A stretch of DNA of 64,000 nt, taken from Raillietiella orientalis. Lineage: Eukaryota. Each line of letters begins with the position of its first letter. The first letter of the stretch is position 1. The position numbers and the translations under genes are program-made. The notes below the pieces were generated by a model that was not told where the DNA came from, made no database searches, and worked only from the letters and a program-made list of their open reading frames with translations. Positions 10,967 to 22,380 of this stretch are shown here, piece by piece. The stretch covers positions 1,674,001-1,738,000 of the forward strand of contig JAYWIR010000031.1 of NCBI GenBank assembly GCA_036172245.1. The letters are read 5' to 3'.

Positions 10967-12539
10967 GTAAGGAGGCGGGGTGAGGGCAGGGTGGTGTCCT
11001 CGACCCTCTCCCGAGGACAGATGAACCCTCGAATGCGCAGGGAGTGGAGAGAGGGACGTGCTCGAGTGGGGTCCAGGGGCTCGGGAAAGCAGGGTCCGCG
11101 GCTTGCAGCTTCCTCCTCCTCTCCCCCTTCCATTTCCGAGATCTGCTTTTTCGGGTGTTTCCTGGCAACCCAGGGGAGTCCTTAGCTGGGGCCTCCGCTT
11201 CAGGATTCCTGCGGCTGAGAGCGACGGAGCGGATCGCTGTGCTTTCCTTCCTCACCGGTCCAGGTACCCCTGCCTCCTCCTTCCCACGCTCCTCCGCTCC
11301 CTCGGATGTTTCCCATTCCCGATCCGCTTTCCTGTTGGTTCCCTTCCGTCCCCGTTCTCATCGATGCCACTTCCAGTGCTGGCATCCTCGAGTCAGCCCC
11401 GTTCCCGAATGTCAGTCTCGTTCGTCGAACCTTCGTCCCCTCCCCTGTTTCCGATGCTTCTTTCCCCCTTCTTTCCATTCCCCCCCGTCTCTGAAACGAC
11501 CCTGTCCACCCTCTCCAATCCTCCTAATTCCCGCCTGTTCTTACGAGGGAAGGTCCCCTTCCTGCCCTGATTCGTTGCTGCTTTTGTTTCCTCCGCCGAG
11601 ATTTCCCCACATTCTTCCCAGAGCGTTCTTCTCCTTGCTCTCTCCGAGCCCCTTGGCGTCCCGGAAGCCATCGCCTCCGGAAAAACCCTGCTCGCGCATC
11701 CTCAGGATACGCGAAGATGAGCCGCGCATCCCCTGTTTCCGGTTTCCCTACGCAGGGGTACACACAGTCCCCTGTACTAGCGTCCTATGTGACTGTTTAC
11801 TCAGGATGCGAGTGCGTGTGGGGGAGAAGGGGGAGTAAAAGGAGGAAAAAAAAAAAAAAAGGGACAAGAACCGGGAGCGTCATCGCGAGGCCCACGTGAC
11901 ACCACTTCGGTAGTGCTCCAACATTGACTCATATCCAGCCCTCCAGAAGGTGAAGCGTTCTCCCGGTTCTGTCGATCAGTTGCCAGGTTCCGAATCGCGA
12001 GCTCCTTGCCTCTCGATCCCCTCTCCTTGTCGACGATCACATGGTAGGACCGGGCTGCGGGCTTTCCACCCGTCCGAGTGGCTCCTGCCCGGAGATGCAC
12101 GCAGACTGGCCGATCCCGGCTCGTAGGGGCTTGTGGGTCTCTTTGGGGCATCAAGCGATGGTCCCATGAGTGGCGCTATATCCCCTTTTTCCACCCTTCT
12201 CGCCGTGAGGGCAGTCGCCGGCAAGGGATCTCAAGGGGGATTCTGCTGACCGGAGCGGTCTCGGCGGCCCCACGGGATCGCTCCAGAATTTTCCTGCGGC
12301 TGCGAGTGGCCGAGCATCTCGGCCTGCTGCTCCCCGTCAGCGGAGGTGAACGCCTCCCATCTTCGCGCACCCGCCCCCACGCCTAGGCAGCACAGATTTG
12401 ATCTCCACGCTGAGGATGCGCGCGCAGGGCAACCGGACACGCTCCTGCCTGCGACCTCGTCCGAGGACGGTCCCTCCCCCGCTGCGCACGGAGGGAGCAT
12501 CCGTAGAGCACAGCGTTCCCCAGCAATCTTTCTCACAAC

Positions 12540-12975
12540 CTCTGAATAGATGTGAGCATCTTAGTCCTGCATCTCTACTCATCTCTGCTTGTCCACCTCG
12601 CCCTTCTCACCATCATGATCATTCTGCTCGGAAAGATCTTGGAAGAGTGATCTACGGGGAACTACGAGGTCGCATGCTCCATGGGCTGGTGGTCCACAAA
12701 TCCACAGAACGCCAAACCTCTCAGTCAACTTGAGCCGATACAGATCAACCCACCTATACGTCAAGTCCGGCGATACCATTCCTTCTTCGAGATTGCTCAC
12801 TTCGGTGACCTCGTTAAAGGTCAGAGCAAAGCGCGAACTGTTCGACGCGAGAAGTGCTCCCGTCTCCGGGAGCAAAGGTTTGAGCGTCTGGGGAGACGGG
12901 ACTCCCTGAGTAAGCTGCCAGCTGCAGCCCGGGAGGGCGACTCCGTAGGGAGTGCAAGGCACCTCCCCTCCTGAA
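12540..12975 (+). mobile_element. Decayed RLE-type retrotransposon 3' end (R4/Dong-like CCHC plus endonuclease)
   Basis: LLISACPP...SARKDLGRVIYGEL resembles HIISGC...RHD.V.R.I. FFEIAHFGDLVKGQSKARTVRREKCSRL resembles the RLE core. Confidence 0.5.
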
Positions 12976-13299
12976 GCAACCCATCCCTTCCTCCTCCCCA
13001 TTTGGACCCTCCCTGCCTAGCGGCACCCGATCTCGGGGCGAAACCTGCACGTCGGCAGGGGTAGCCGAAAACTGCTTCACGCAATGGGCGAGCTTCTGCG
13101 CGGCCACGCAGAGCCCGCAGGGTGCGTTCCTGGCGATTCCGGCAGGCGTTCCTCGTGTTGGCGGTTGGCCGCTATTCCCCCATCGCCGCCGCCGATCCGC
13201 GAAGGCGCGTCCCGGTGCGCGGGACGGCTCCGCCTTCCCGAAACTGCTCGCCGCTGTTTGCTGATCCTGGAGCTACTGGACCGGTCGCGGGATGTCTGG

Positions 13300-13830
13300 A
13301 GCGGTTCTTCCTGCCTCCGGGAGAGGACAGGCTCGATCCTCTCCTCAGAGGAGCGCACCGAGAGAGATTCCCGTCCCGGGGATGGGAATATTGGGCACAG
13401 TTCCGGCTTCCCGCATCCCCGCGTCTAAGAAGAGTCTCTTCTCTTCGAAGGAGTGGCTTCTCGCGGAAGGAACAATCTTCCTTCCGATTATCTCCCGGTT
13501 GCCATGGAAGTCAGAGACCACCGGAAGCGAGAGGTCCAGACAGGTTCCGTCGCTCCCGTGCGAGCTATTCCGTAGCGGCCGTGAGAGCCGTCGCGCTCTA
13601 CTCTTTTGGAAACCTCCACGAGTTCTGGAGGAATGTTTCTATTCTGCAGGGCGCTCGCCGTTCTTGACCAGGGGAAAGGACTTTATGTAGAAACGGTCGC
13701 GGCAACCCGGCACTGGCAGACACTTCTTTTTTCCCTTCGCAAAGAGGGCATCGTCTTCCTGATGACGGTGACCCGTGACGAGAATGACTGCGGTACTATT
13801 CCTCCCTGGGACTTCCCCGGAATTTTCACC
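13300..13830 (-). mobile_element. Possible decayed LINE RT fragment
   Basis: GIVPQSFSSRVTVIRK...CRVAATVST and RRGMREAG resemble RT motifs 1, 2 and 4. Confidence 0.3.
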
Positions 13831-14819
13831 TTTTCCTCCTCTCGTCTCTGCCGGAGCGGAGTGGAAACACCACCCTTTATCCTCTGCGTGCAGAAAGGCC
13901 TGCGAGGCTTGTTGGCCCGCTGCTGATACACCCGGAGGCTACTGCAGGACGACCATGCCTCGGTGGATCCGGAGAACGAACTCATCCCGACGCACCGAGG
14001 GAGATAGAGCAAAGCAAAAGGAGCAACCCTCCCTCCCTCCTTCCTTTCGGCAGAGTCGAAGGTCGCCGGTAGGAAGGGGAGGAAGAGTAAGCTCCTTTGG
14101 AGGACCGATTCGTCCTGACCTGGATCCGAGGGCGGGTCGACCTCCCAGAAGGCGCTCCAAGAAAGTCCGAAGAATGCCGTGCGCGGGTGCGGCCGTGGGT
14201 GGTCTCGGGGGGAGTGGATACAAGACTGGCGCCGTGCTCCCAGGACCTCAGCTTGCCTCGGTCCACGAGGCCAGCACATCTTCGACGTGGGGCGAGGAGG
14301 AAAGGGCTGGAGATGGGGTGCTCTAGAAAGTTCCCTGAATCTGGAGCTCTCCTTGAGAGCCGTGCATCTGACTGAGACGGAAGTCGCGACGAGTAATTAC
14401 GTGAGCAGATCCGTCCGTCATCGGGAGGAGTGCCCATTATCGGGGGTAGAGGCGGGAGCAGGAAGTGGAACCCGGCGAGCACAGCGGCGCGGCCCATCCG
14501 CTCGAAAGTCGGGACAGGAGGAAAGCTGCGAGGGCCACGCCTGCGCGCACTCCGGTTGCCGTTTCGGCGCCTACTCAAGGGCGGCGACGTCGCGAGGGGC
14601 TTAGATGGTTTCGGACCCTCGCGAGGGGGGGGGGAGATGGGGGGCGATCGGCTTCGCGAGGCAACCCGTCCCAGCTGCCGAGTATCGGGTCTGGAATCAT
14701 CTCCGGAACGGGGGATCGAAATCCGCTTCTTCCTCACCTCCTTTCTCCCTTTTTTTTTTTTTTGTTTGGGGTTACCGCGGGGCTGCGAGCGAAGAGAGGA
14801 ACCAATCGATTGTTGCAAA

Positions 14820-15400
14820 CGTCTCCGGGGCGCCCAAAGTGGATCCGAATCAATCGGAGCCGAAGAGACCTTTGATCTGCTCCTCTCTCGTGCAGAACTG
14901 CGGACAGGGAGGTGGAGGAGGAGGAAGAGCGAAAGGATGGCGACGAAGAGAAGTCGAGTCGGCGCGGATGCACCTTCCCACCGGGCGACTGGCTCCACGA
15001 GCTCGCTCGTCTCGACAAAAATCCTTTCCTTGCGGTGCTTCGTTCCCACAAGGAAGGGTGGATGGAGCAAGGGAGTCCTAGAATGCCCAAGGACATGCAG
15101 TTGTTCTTAGAAGGTGGGGGTGGAAGGGCTGCGGAGCGGTCACGAACGGTCCAGGGGCGGAAGCAGCTGCTGCCGAAAGCGCTCTCTCACCTTCCCCTTC
15201 CGCTTCTCTCGCTCGCAACGGGGTTGCCCGGGGCACTCGTCTCGAAACTTTGGCGCTGCTGTCGCTCAGGTCGTTCGCGCGCAAGTAACGACGACATCGC
15301 GCTCCTCTTAGCAGAACTTTCGCCAGCAAACCCCAGACCGGTCTGCGAGCGAGCCCTTCCCAGGCGGTCGGGAACAGGAAATCGAAAGGCCTGTTTGCTG
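14820..15400 (+). mobile_element. Decayed non-LTR RT fragment
   Basis: IGAEETFDLL (D.EKAFD), GWMEQGSPRMP (QG.PLSP) and SNDDIALLL (YADD) occur in the correct order across a frameshift. Confidence 0.5.
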
Positions 15401-17259
15401 GTCGGGATGCCATCACCGGGACCTTCCCGGAAACTGGTCCGGAGAGGGGCAGGAAGTTGGATGTCCCGGCGAAAGCGACGGGAAGCGGGCACCATGACGG
15501 GGTCTTCCTGTTTCGATGTGGCAAGGATCCACCGCAGCTCCGGGAATTCTGTGTCGGCGCAGAGAAGATGCAGACTCTGACTCGGGGGGCACATCTGCTT
15601 ATGTGCAGTCGTCAGCAAGTCGAAGGAAAAAGGAAGAAGACCTTGAGTTCATTTCCATCGGCTTAGGGCGAAGTGACTTTCGCCATGGGCAGTGCCTTGG
15701 GATGTGGCAGAGCGGAAGGGAAGAGCTAGCGGTTCGCGGCAACAACGCGGAGTCCTGGGTGAACTCAGTCAAACAGACCGGGAATTCGAAGGCTGGAAAA
15801 GGATAATCGGAAAGTCCCCGGGACAGTCATCATCATGCTGTTCGCTCTTCGAAAAGAAAATATCAAGAAGAAGATGGGAAGTTTCTTTTGATCCTCTGAG
15901 GTGGTTCCCAGGGAAACACCGGGTTGCTGTCAGCAGGTGTTTCCAGGTCACAGCAAAGTGGTCTCGACTAAGCGTCTCTCCAGGCACAAACAGAAACTTT
16001 CGAAACATCGTCGACAGGATGCTGGAGCTCCTTTCGTAGACAAAGATCTAAGTCTTGTCTTCTCTGCCTGAGGAACTATGATTTGCGATCCGAAGACGTC
16101 TCTGTTTCAGGATAAGGATGGCAGTCGTCTGGGATTGTTTGGAAAATGGCGTGCGCGACCTGACCAGTTGCAAAGTGCGATCGCGATCTATCGCCACGCT
16201 CGCACTGTGCTCGCAAGAATCTTTCCATCTGGGAAGTAAATGCCTCCCGAGATCTTCACTTAATCCGGAGGAACTATAAATGTTGTTTCACTCTGTGCTG
16301 CAAAAGAGCATTTCCCTATATTTCACATTTCTTCTTCCACTCGACAAGCAGTGCCAAAAATAACACTCAAGGCGGAACGCTCAGATTACCCAGAGCATTT
16401 TTATTGACTGAGGACGCTAGCTGCGTAAGAAGTTCCTGGAAGAAAAAAAAAAAAAAAAAAACGCGCGTAAAGAGGTTTCTGAAAAAGCGCATCTCCCGAA
16501 GTGACGAGGCCGTCAGTTTTTTTTTACTGCTTTGTTCTTCTGCAGATGAAGAAGCTGATTTGCAACTCTGCAGTTTTATGCAGGGATTACCGCCATACGC
16601 TCTGAGACTGAAATGAGAAGATAAGTCTGCCTCGGTACTCGTCCCGTTCCGTCTTAATCTTGTCTTCATGAAGATGGATGGGGGCGACTCTTTCCTCCTT
16701 TGGTTGGCCGTCTTTCCACGGCCGTTTCCGCGGTGCATAAGGAAAATGCCCGTCCGCAGGAACGGAGGACCTTGAAATTTTTCACCTTCGGTGTCCCAGC
16801 GTCTGAAATCTCACGGAAAATTTAAGCTCGTAGCTTGTGAGATCCCCAAGATAGGCTCGTGCTGTGCTCGAAGCCTTGGGTCCAGCTGCACATCTTGCTT
16901 TCCGCGAAGCAGCTCTCATGAGTGTGAGGGTGTTGCTAAGGGCACTGGCTTTCCAGAGCTTGGCTATTTGCGTCCAGCTGGAACAACTGACACAAGTCGC
17001 ACAAAAGAGTCGCTAATCCAATTGCAAAATAAAGAAAGGGAAGCTCACGACGAATTGGCCGATCATTACGTCGACTGTGGCAACCCTTAAAAACGGTGAC
17101 AAGAAACGGAATCTGCATTTCCTCTAATTCCCATTATTTGGACATCCTATAGAAGACTGCTGCTCACCCTGGCCGGTGGTGACCCAGGATGTACTGGAGT
17201 TTAGTGTGTATGTGTTATCTTCTGTGCCGGATATTGGTATGTTTTGTGCTTTCTGCTTG

Positions 17260-18330
17260 TGTATGAGAGATCCTACGTCGTTATTCGAGTCTCAGGTTAC
17301 CAGGGCTACTACAGCACTTACGGAGACCGGTGCTACCCTGTCGGCGAACAGGAGAGACAGTTTCCCATGCTTGCAGTGTTTTCTTTGACGTGCTGCTTCC
17401 AATGTTGTTATGGGGTTTTCGCATGGGCAACAAATATCCATCATGATGACCCAACTTTTGTTCTGGAGCATCAGATCCAAGACAGCTATCCTGGGGATAG
17501 TTACTGCCGAGACCAGGGAAGAACCAGAGAGACTCCAACAGGATAACCACAAGATGAAAACAGGAGAACCGGCTCCCTCGGGCATTTATTATGCGTATCA
17601 AATTAGAATAAATTTGGTAGCTCATAAATGCGATGACAGCAAGAGGGGAAAGGACCCCGTAGTGGTTGTTGACGCCAGACCCTGGAGTCCCATTTCATGA
17701 TGCTCGCATCAGCCCTGTTCTCTCTTTCCAATTGTGCCAGAGGCTCAACACCAAAGGTCATTATTGTCAACGCTGTAGCCATTGAGCAGGGAACAGCAGA
17801 AAAGATGATGAATCCGTGGGTCACTGCTTCTCAGCAGCGAGGAAGCAACTTGCATCATACCATCATCGAACGGAAGGCCGTCCTTGCGCTGGAGAAAGCT
17901 CCATCTCCGGCAGATCAGTCCCCGGGTCGTCAGCTCATGCGTGTGAGATCCAAAAGACCTTCGTTCGCTCCCCAAAGTCTCGAGGCATGTTCTTCACTAA
18001 CCGTTTCTCCGAAGAGGATTCTGGTGTATTCACGAGAACGGTTGCAGAGTCCGCAGTCTCTCTCTTATCGACTCTGGCACATTTGGTGAAAATGAAGAGC
18101 GAACATAGGAGTTCGCGTCCTTCAGGATTTTCTTTTGGGCTCGTGAATGGAAGCAGTGGATTCTGGAAATCTGAAGACCGCATTTTCCTGCAAAATCGCC
18201 AAATGAGCACCAAAGGACCCCAACCAATGGAAGACGAAAAAGAGAGGATTCGCAGATGCGATCTCCCGAAGCAGCTCGGGAAAGATCTCGTGATGAGCAA
18301 GAGCAAGGAGCACTTCGAGTCTAGTAAATA
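17260..18330 (-). mobile_element. Decayed RLE-type non-LTR retrotransposon 3' part (Utopia/NeSL-like)
   Basis: Minus-strand peptide LDLMLQNKSWVIMMDICCPCENPITTLEAARQRKHCKH...VSAVVALVT*D resembles the PD..D.xxPFEN..K restriction-like endonuclease. Upstream VASSLLRSSDPRI resembles the post-RT motif. Stops and frameshifts are present. Confidence 0.65.
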
Positions 18331-19780
18331 AACTCTCGGCTAGGGGCAGGGGACTCGGCAGCTTCAACGATAGAAGCTTCCGCCAAAGAACGTTTCTTGT
18401 GCGCGACTCGACCTCGTGGTCTCGTCGCCGCCTGGCGCTCAAAACTCTTCTGGGGGTGGGACTCCCACTCGAAGCAAGCACGGCGTCGTTAGAATTCAGG
18501 GAGGGAGCCATCCCCATTGGACTACGAAAACGGGTTGCTCCGGGAGAAAGGACTCCAGGAAAAAATCCGCAACTCTAACAATCCGGAACCAAGAAATTTT
18601 CAATCTAGGCGCTTCACTTTGATCTTAGCCAGAAGAACCGAGAATCCATCCAGGCTCTGCATCGGTTGGCTTGCAAGGGGAGTGATCAGGACCTCTATCC
18701 TGCTCAGACGGAGGGGGGATGGGAAAATATGCTTGACATTTTGCTCTCCCAAGGGTTGGTGAGGGTTCCACGGAGTGGGCAGCCTCTACCAGAGTTCCTC
18801 CGGAGAACGGACTTTGCCCCCCTTTGGAGTTTCATGGTTTACGGTCCCCCTTATCATGGCGTCTAAAATTCCGACGTGAGGTCCCTGAGCTGCCCTTTCT
18901 CAAGAAAGTGGGTGTCCATCCCTCAATTGCCCTCTTGTTTGAGTTTATATGTGAGGGGGAGGAGCACAAAGCGAGATTCCACCTCGAGGACTTAAGATTT
19001 GGAGGTGCATCGACATTCCTCCACAGCTCGGGGGGGCGCGTTCCGATCTCTTGCCGCTTCCTGGCGCCTTTTCTTCCCGAGCGGAAAATGGAGCCTTTTG
19101 GACCGCGTCTGATCGAAATGCCTGCCACTGACTGCCGCCGGAGGATGTAAAGGATGTCCTGTTTCATCCCCACGGTCAGCTTCCCCCTCCATCCGACGCA
19201 GAGGTTCGGAGAAAAAACGATGGAAACCAATCTCCCGGAGGAGGAAGAATGAAGGAAGAGTGAGGTCACGCTTCTGGATTGCGCGCTCTGCTGCCGGAGG
19301 GCAGTGAGAAAAGGTTGCTCTTCCGAGAGTTGCAGGGATGCCGCGATTCTCCAGGAAGTGGGCGGGCGCGACTCAAGCGAGGTGTGTGCCAGCCAGAAAG
19401 TCGGCTCCTTGACTGCCCCACCACTTGCACCCTCCTCCTTTTCGTCCTCGCCCCTTCCCACCGATCTCCAGCGGTTGACTGAAATGCCGTGGCTCGCCGC
19501 TCGATAAAGGCAGCATCCCGCCGCAGACGCACGCTAACATCCTCGCGATGCAGAGGAAGAAGAGATGGTGTGGCGTGGGGGGAATTCCCAAATCGCGTCC
19601 TCGGTGACTGCACTGGCTACTCGAAGAGCTGGTGGCCTGGGTCTAGAGAGCTGCTCAGGAAGATCGCCGGGAGTAGTCAGCCTCGGCTCCTCTCCTCCGG
19701 GATGCGGGTCCCGTGCTTCATCTTCTTTCTCCGGTCTTCAATTTGGGGTACGCGGGAATGCATGTGAGGAAACACGTGAG

Positions 19781-19893
19781 AGGAAGAACTGGCAGTAGCA
19801 GCAGAAGAGGAGGAAGGAGGGCTGGAAGCGTCAGAAGAGGAAGACGGACTAGAGGATGGAAGAATGGTCAGCATGCATGGAGCGAATGCCGAG
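19781..19893 (+). repeat. Inverted-repeat arm A (partner 21278-21413)
   Basis: GAAGAACTGGCAGTAGCAGCAGAAGAGG...GCGTCAGAAG...GCATGGAGCGAATGCCGAG matches the reverse complement of arm B. Confidence 0.75.
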
Positions 19894-21277
19894 AGCTGGG
19901 TCTCCGCTCCATCGAGAGGCGCACCTGCAGCGGCTCAGGAGGTCAACGAGATGATCTAGAGGGCTCCAGAAACGGACGAGGGGATTCCTAGTTGTTGGCA
20001 GGAGCACGTATCAGGAGGGAGACGGCGAGTCGCCTCAGATGCAAGGACGCGCTGGGAGCACAAGGTGGGTCGCTGACCTGGCTGCAACCGCCAGCGGCGT
20101 GACCCACCCACAGTCTCGCAGGAGTGGAGACGAAGGCAGCGGAGGTCGTCGGCATCACTCGCGCTCCTGATCGAAGATTCGAGAGCTCCCGGAATCTAGC
20201 AGCTCTCCGTGGACCAGGATTTCCGTCTTCCTCGGTGGAGGCTTCATTCCTGCGTCTGTCCCTACCACCCCCCATTCAGCTTCCCAGCTCGCGAATAGGA
20301 TCCAAGTACAGGGATGCGCGGGTGAGCATCCACACCTGCCTGCCGGCGTCCAGCGAGTGGTCCGCGCAAGCGCCTCCTTCCCGAAAAAGAGGTCAACAGA
20401 GGAAGCTACCAAAGCGAACGGAGTTTTGCGAGACGAGCGTCCCCGTCCAGGTCCGCTCCCTCCAAGCAGCGCCGATCTCCTTCAGCGCACTCTCCTGCCA
20501 CTTAGCGTGCCACAGCGCTTCCGAGCTACAGTTGCCAGGATGGCGCACCGGGGCCCGTCTCGTCGGGCAAGCACTCGCAGAAGCGGAAGTCGGCTCTTGC
20601 TGCAGACTCTTCGTCCCCGCCACCCTTCTTCCTTCCCCCCCTCCGGAGATCGAACTCCCCCGGAGCCAGCACTTCGGAATGGATGGAGCAAGTGACCCCC
20701 AAAAGGAGGCCCCTCAGGAGGCTCTTCGACCCAGGACGCCGAGAGGAGGAGGAACTGCAGAAGCAGCACGGGGTTCATCGAATCACACGACCGCTCCTTC
20801 GTTGGGATCTCCGCCTGCCCTTCTCTCCGGAAGGCGCGCGCTCACAGAGCAGCGGAGCCTTGTCACGTTCCCCGAGTGCCCGGCTCAAGAATAAAGGGGA
20901 GGGGAAGAGGAGGTAGAGGATCTCCACTGGGGCAAGGCCCCTGAGGACACCTTCCCTTCTCCCCCCCCCACCACCACTTCGGGGCCGACTGAAAAGGGGT
21001 TCGTTGCCTCTCCTTCCCGTCTGGAAACCAGGACCTCTTGTTGGACCGTCTCCGACCAAAAGTCTGTCTCCTGAGCCACTGAACATCGTCAGAGGATGTG
21101 AGGAATGTTCTGGTTTATCCCGGTGGTCCGCCCGACCCTCTGAGAGATGCAGAGGCTCGACAAAAGACTATGAGGAGTTTCTTAAGGAGGAAAGGGGACG
21201 AGGGGACGAGGCTACGATTCTGGAGTGCTCACTGCAGCTGGATGACAGCAGGAGAGGAGGGTCCAATGCTTGCTCCC

Positions 21278-21413
21278 CTCGACATTCGCTTCATGCACAC
21301 TGACTCTTCCTCTTCTTCTGACGCTTACAGTCCTTCTTCCTCTTCCTCTTCTTCTGACGCTTACAGTCCTTCTTCCTCTTCCTCTTCTGCTGCTACTACC
21401 AGTTCTTCTTCCT
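21278..21413 (-). repeat. Inverted-repeat arm B, containing an exact 36-bp tandem duplication (21305-21376)
   Basis: TCTTCCTCTTCTTCTGACGCTTACAGTCCTTCTTCC occurs twice. The arm is the reverse complement of 19781-19893. Confidence 0.8.
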
Positions 21414-21789
21414 CCCTGTGACACAGCTGCCTCCTTCATCCGAAGACCGTCTTTTCTTAAAAAAAAGAAATCCCTTCGGGAATGCGGAGGGTGGGTTTCT
21501 CGCGAAATTCGTAGCTCTGCCCTTGTCCTCCAGGATGGAGGGCTGCTTCCATAAAGTAATCGCTGATCAGCGGCGGATTTGGAACGGTTGCCTAGAGAGA
21601 GCCGCGTCTGCGTGCGGTGGGAGTGAGAGGACATTTTCCATACGGAGCCGTGCAAGCTCGCGCCCCGGCCCCGCGAGGGAAAGTGAAGGAGCGGCCTGGT
21701 GTCCCACCTCCCTGGCACAGTCCGGGGAGATGCGCTCCTGCTCGTTTGGCTCTACCGGCGTGGGAAGGGCGTCGCCACGTGTTGCCGCC

Positions 21790-22380
21790 GGATGAGGAGC
21801 GCCAAACTGCCTGGGGGGGAGGTGGACAAAGGAGACTACCAGTTCATTCAAGAGGATGTCGATATTCTTTGCCCACCAACGCAGTCCTCGAGGGTGCAGG
21901 AACGCGGCATCGTGGCATCCGCCGGCTCCGAGAGCCTAACGGAGGGTCCTCGAAATGCCTCCGGAGATGAGCAGCGGATGGCCCATCCCAAGGAGGTGCC
22001 CCGAGGGAGTGCCTAGGAGAAGACTGGCGAGGACGTCCGGTGCTCTGACTCGAAAAGCCTTGGGTTATGTCGCCCTGGGAACCCTGCGGGGTTCCCTGTC
22101 CGAGACTCCTCCTGTTGGGGCGGGTTCTCTTCTTCCTGGCAAGCGTCGGGGACGCGCCGGAGCGAAGGAAGAGGAGCCCCCGGGAAGATTTCTGAATCCG
22201 CGGTCTCCAAGGAGAGGAGAGGGCGAAATGGAGCCCGTGAAGATTTTATTGCCTCTTGAGCCTTCAGGGAAGTGGAGCGGGCGGCAGGGACCGTGCGCTC
22301 CATTCCACGCTACGGCTGCTTTCTCCCGACCGCTCTTCGATCGAGTCATCGCTCCCGAGGGCAGCAGGCATCGCTGAGGA
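21790..22380 (+). mobile_element. Decayed LINE RT fragment
   Basis: AKLPGGEVD (K.PG.D), RKALGYVALGTL (KAFD.V.H..L) and FSRPLFDRVIAP (LSP.LF) occur in order. Confidence 0.35.

Noticed and set aside
9946..11133. 395-aa minus-strand ORF
   Set aside because: Antisense shadow of the GC3-rich K2P exon 1, with no recognisable domain.
13982..15070. 362-aa minus-strand ORF
   Set aside because: Arg/Pro/Ser-rich, passes through a homopolymer run, and overlaps a plus-strand RT remnant.
16546..16616. Cryptic or poison exon after a strong T-tract acceptor in the K2P intron
   Set aside because: Poly-T tracts are common here. There is no channel similarity and no supporting donor or poly(A) evidence.
21305..21376. 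CRISPR-like 36-bp repeat
   Set aside because: Two adjacent units with no spacer, low-complexity CT-rich sequence, and a eukaryotic context.
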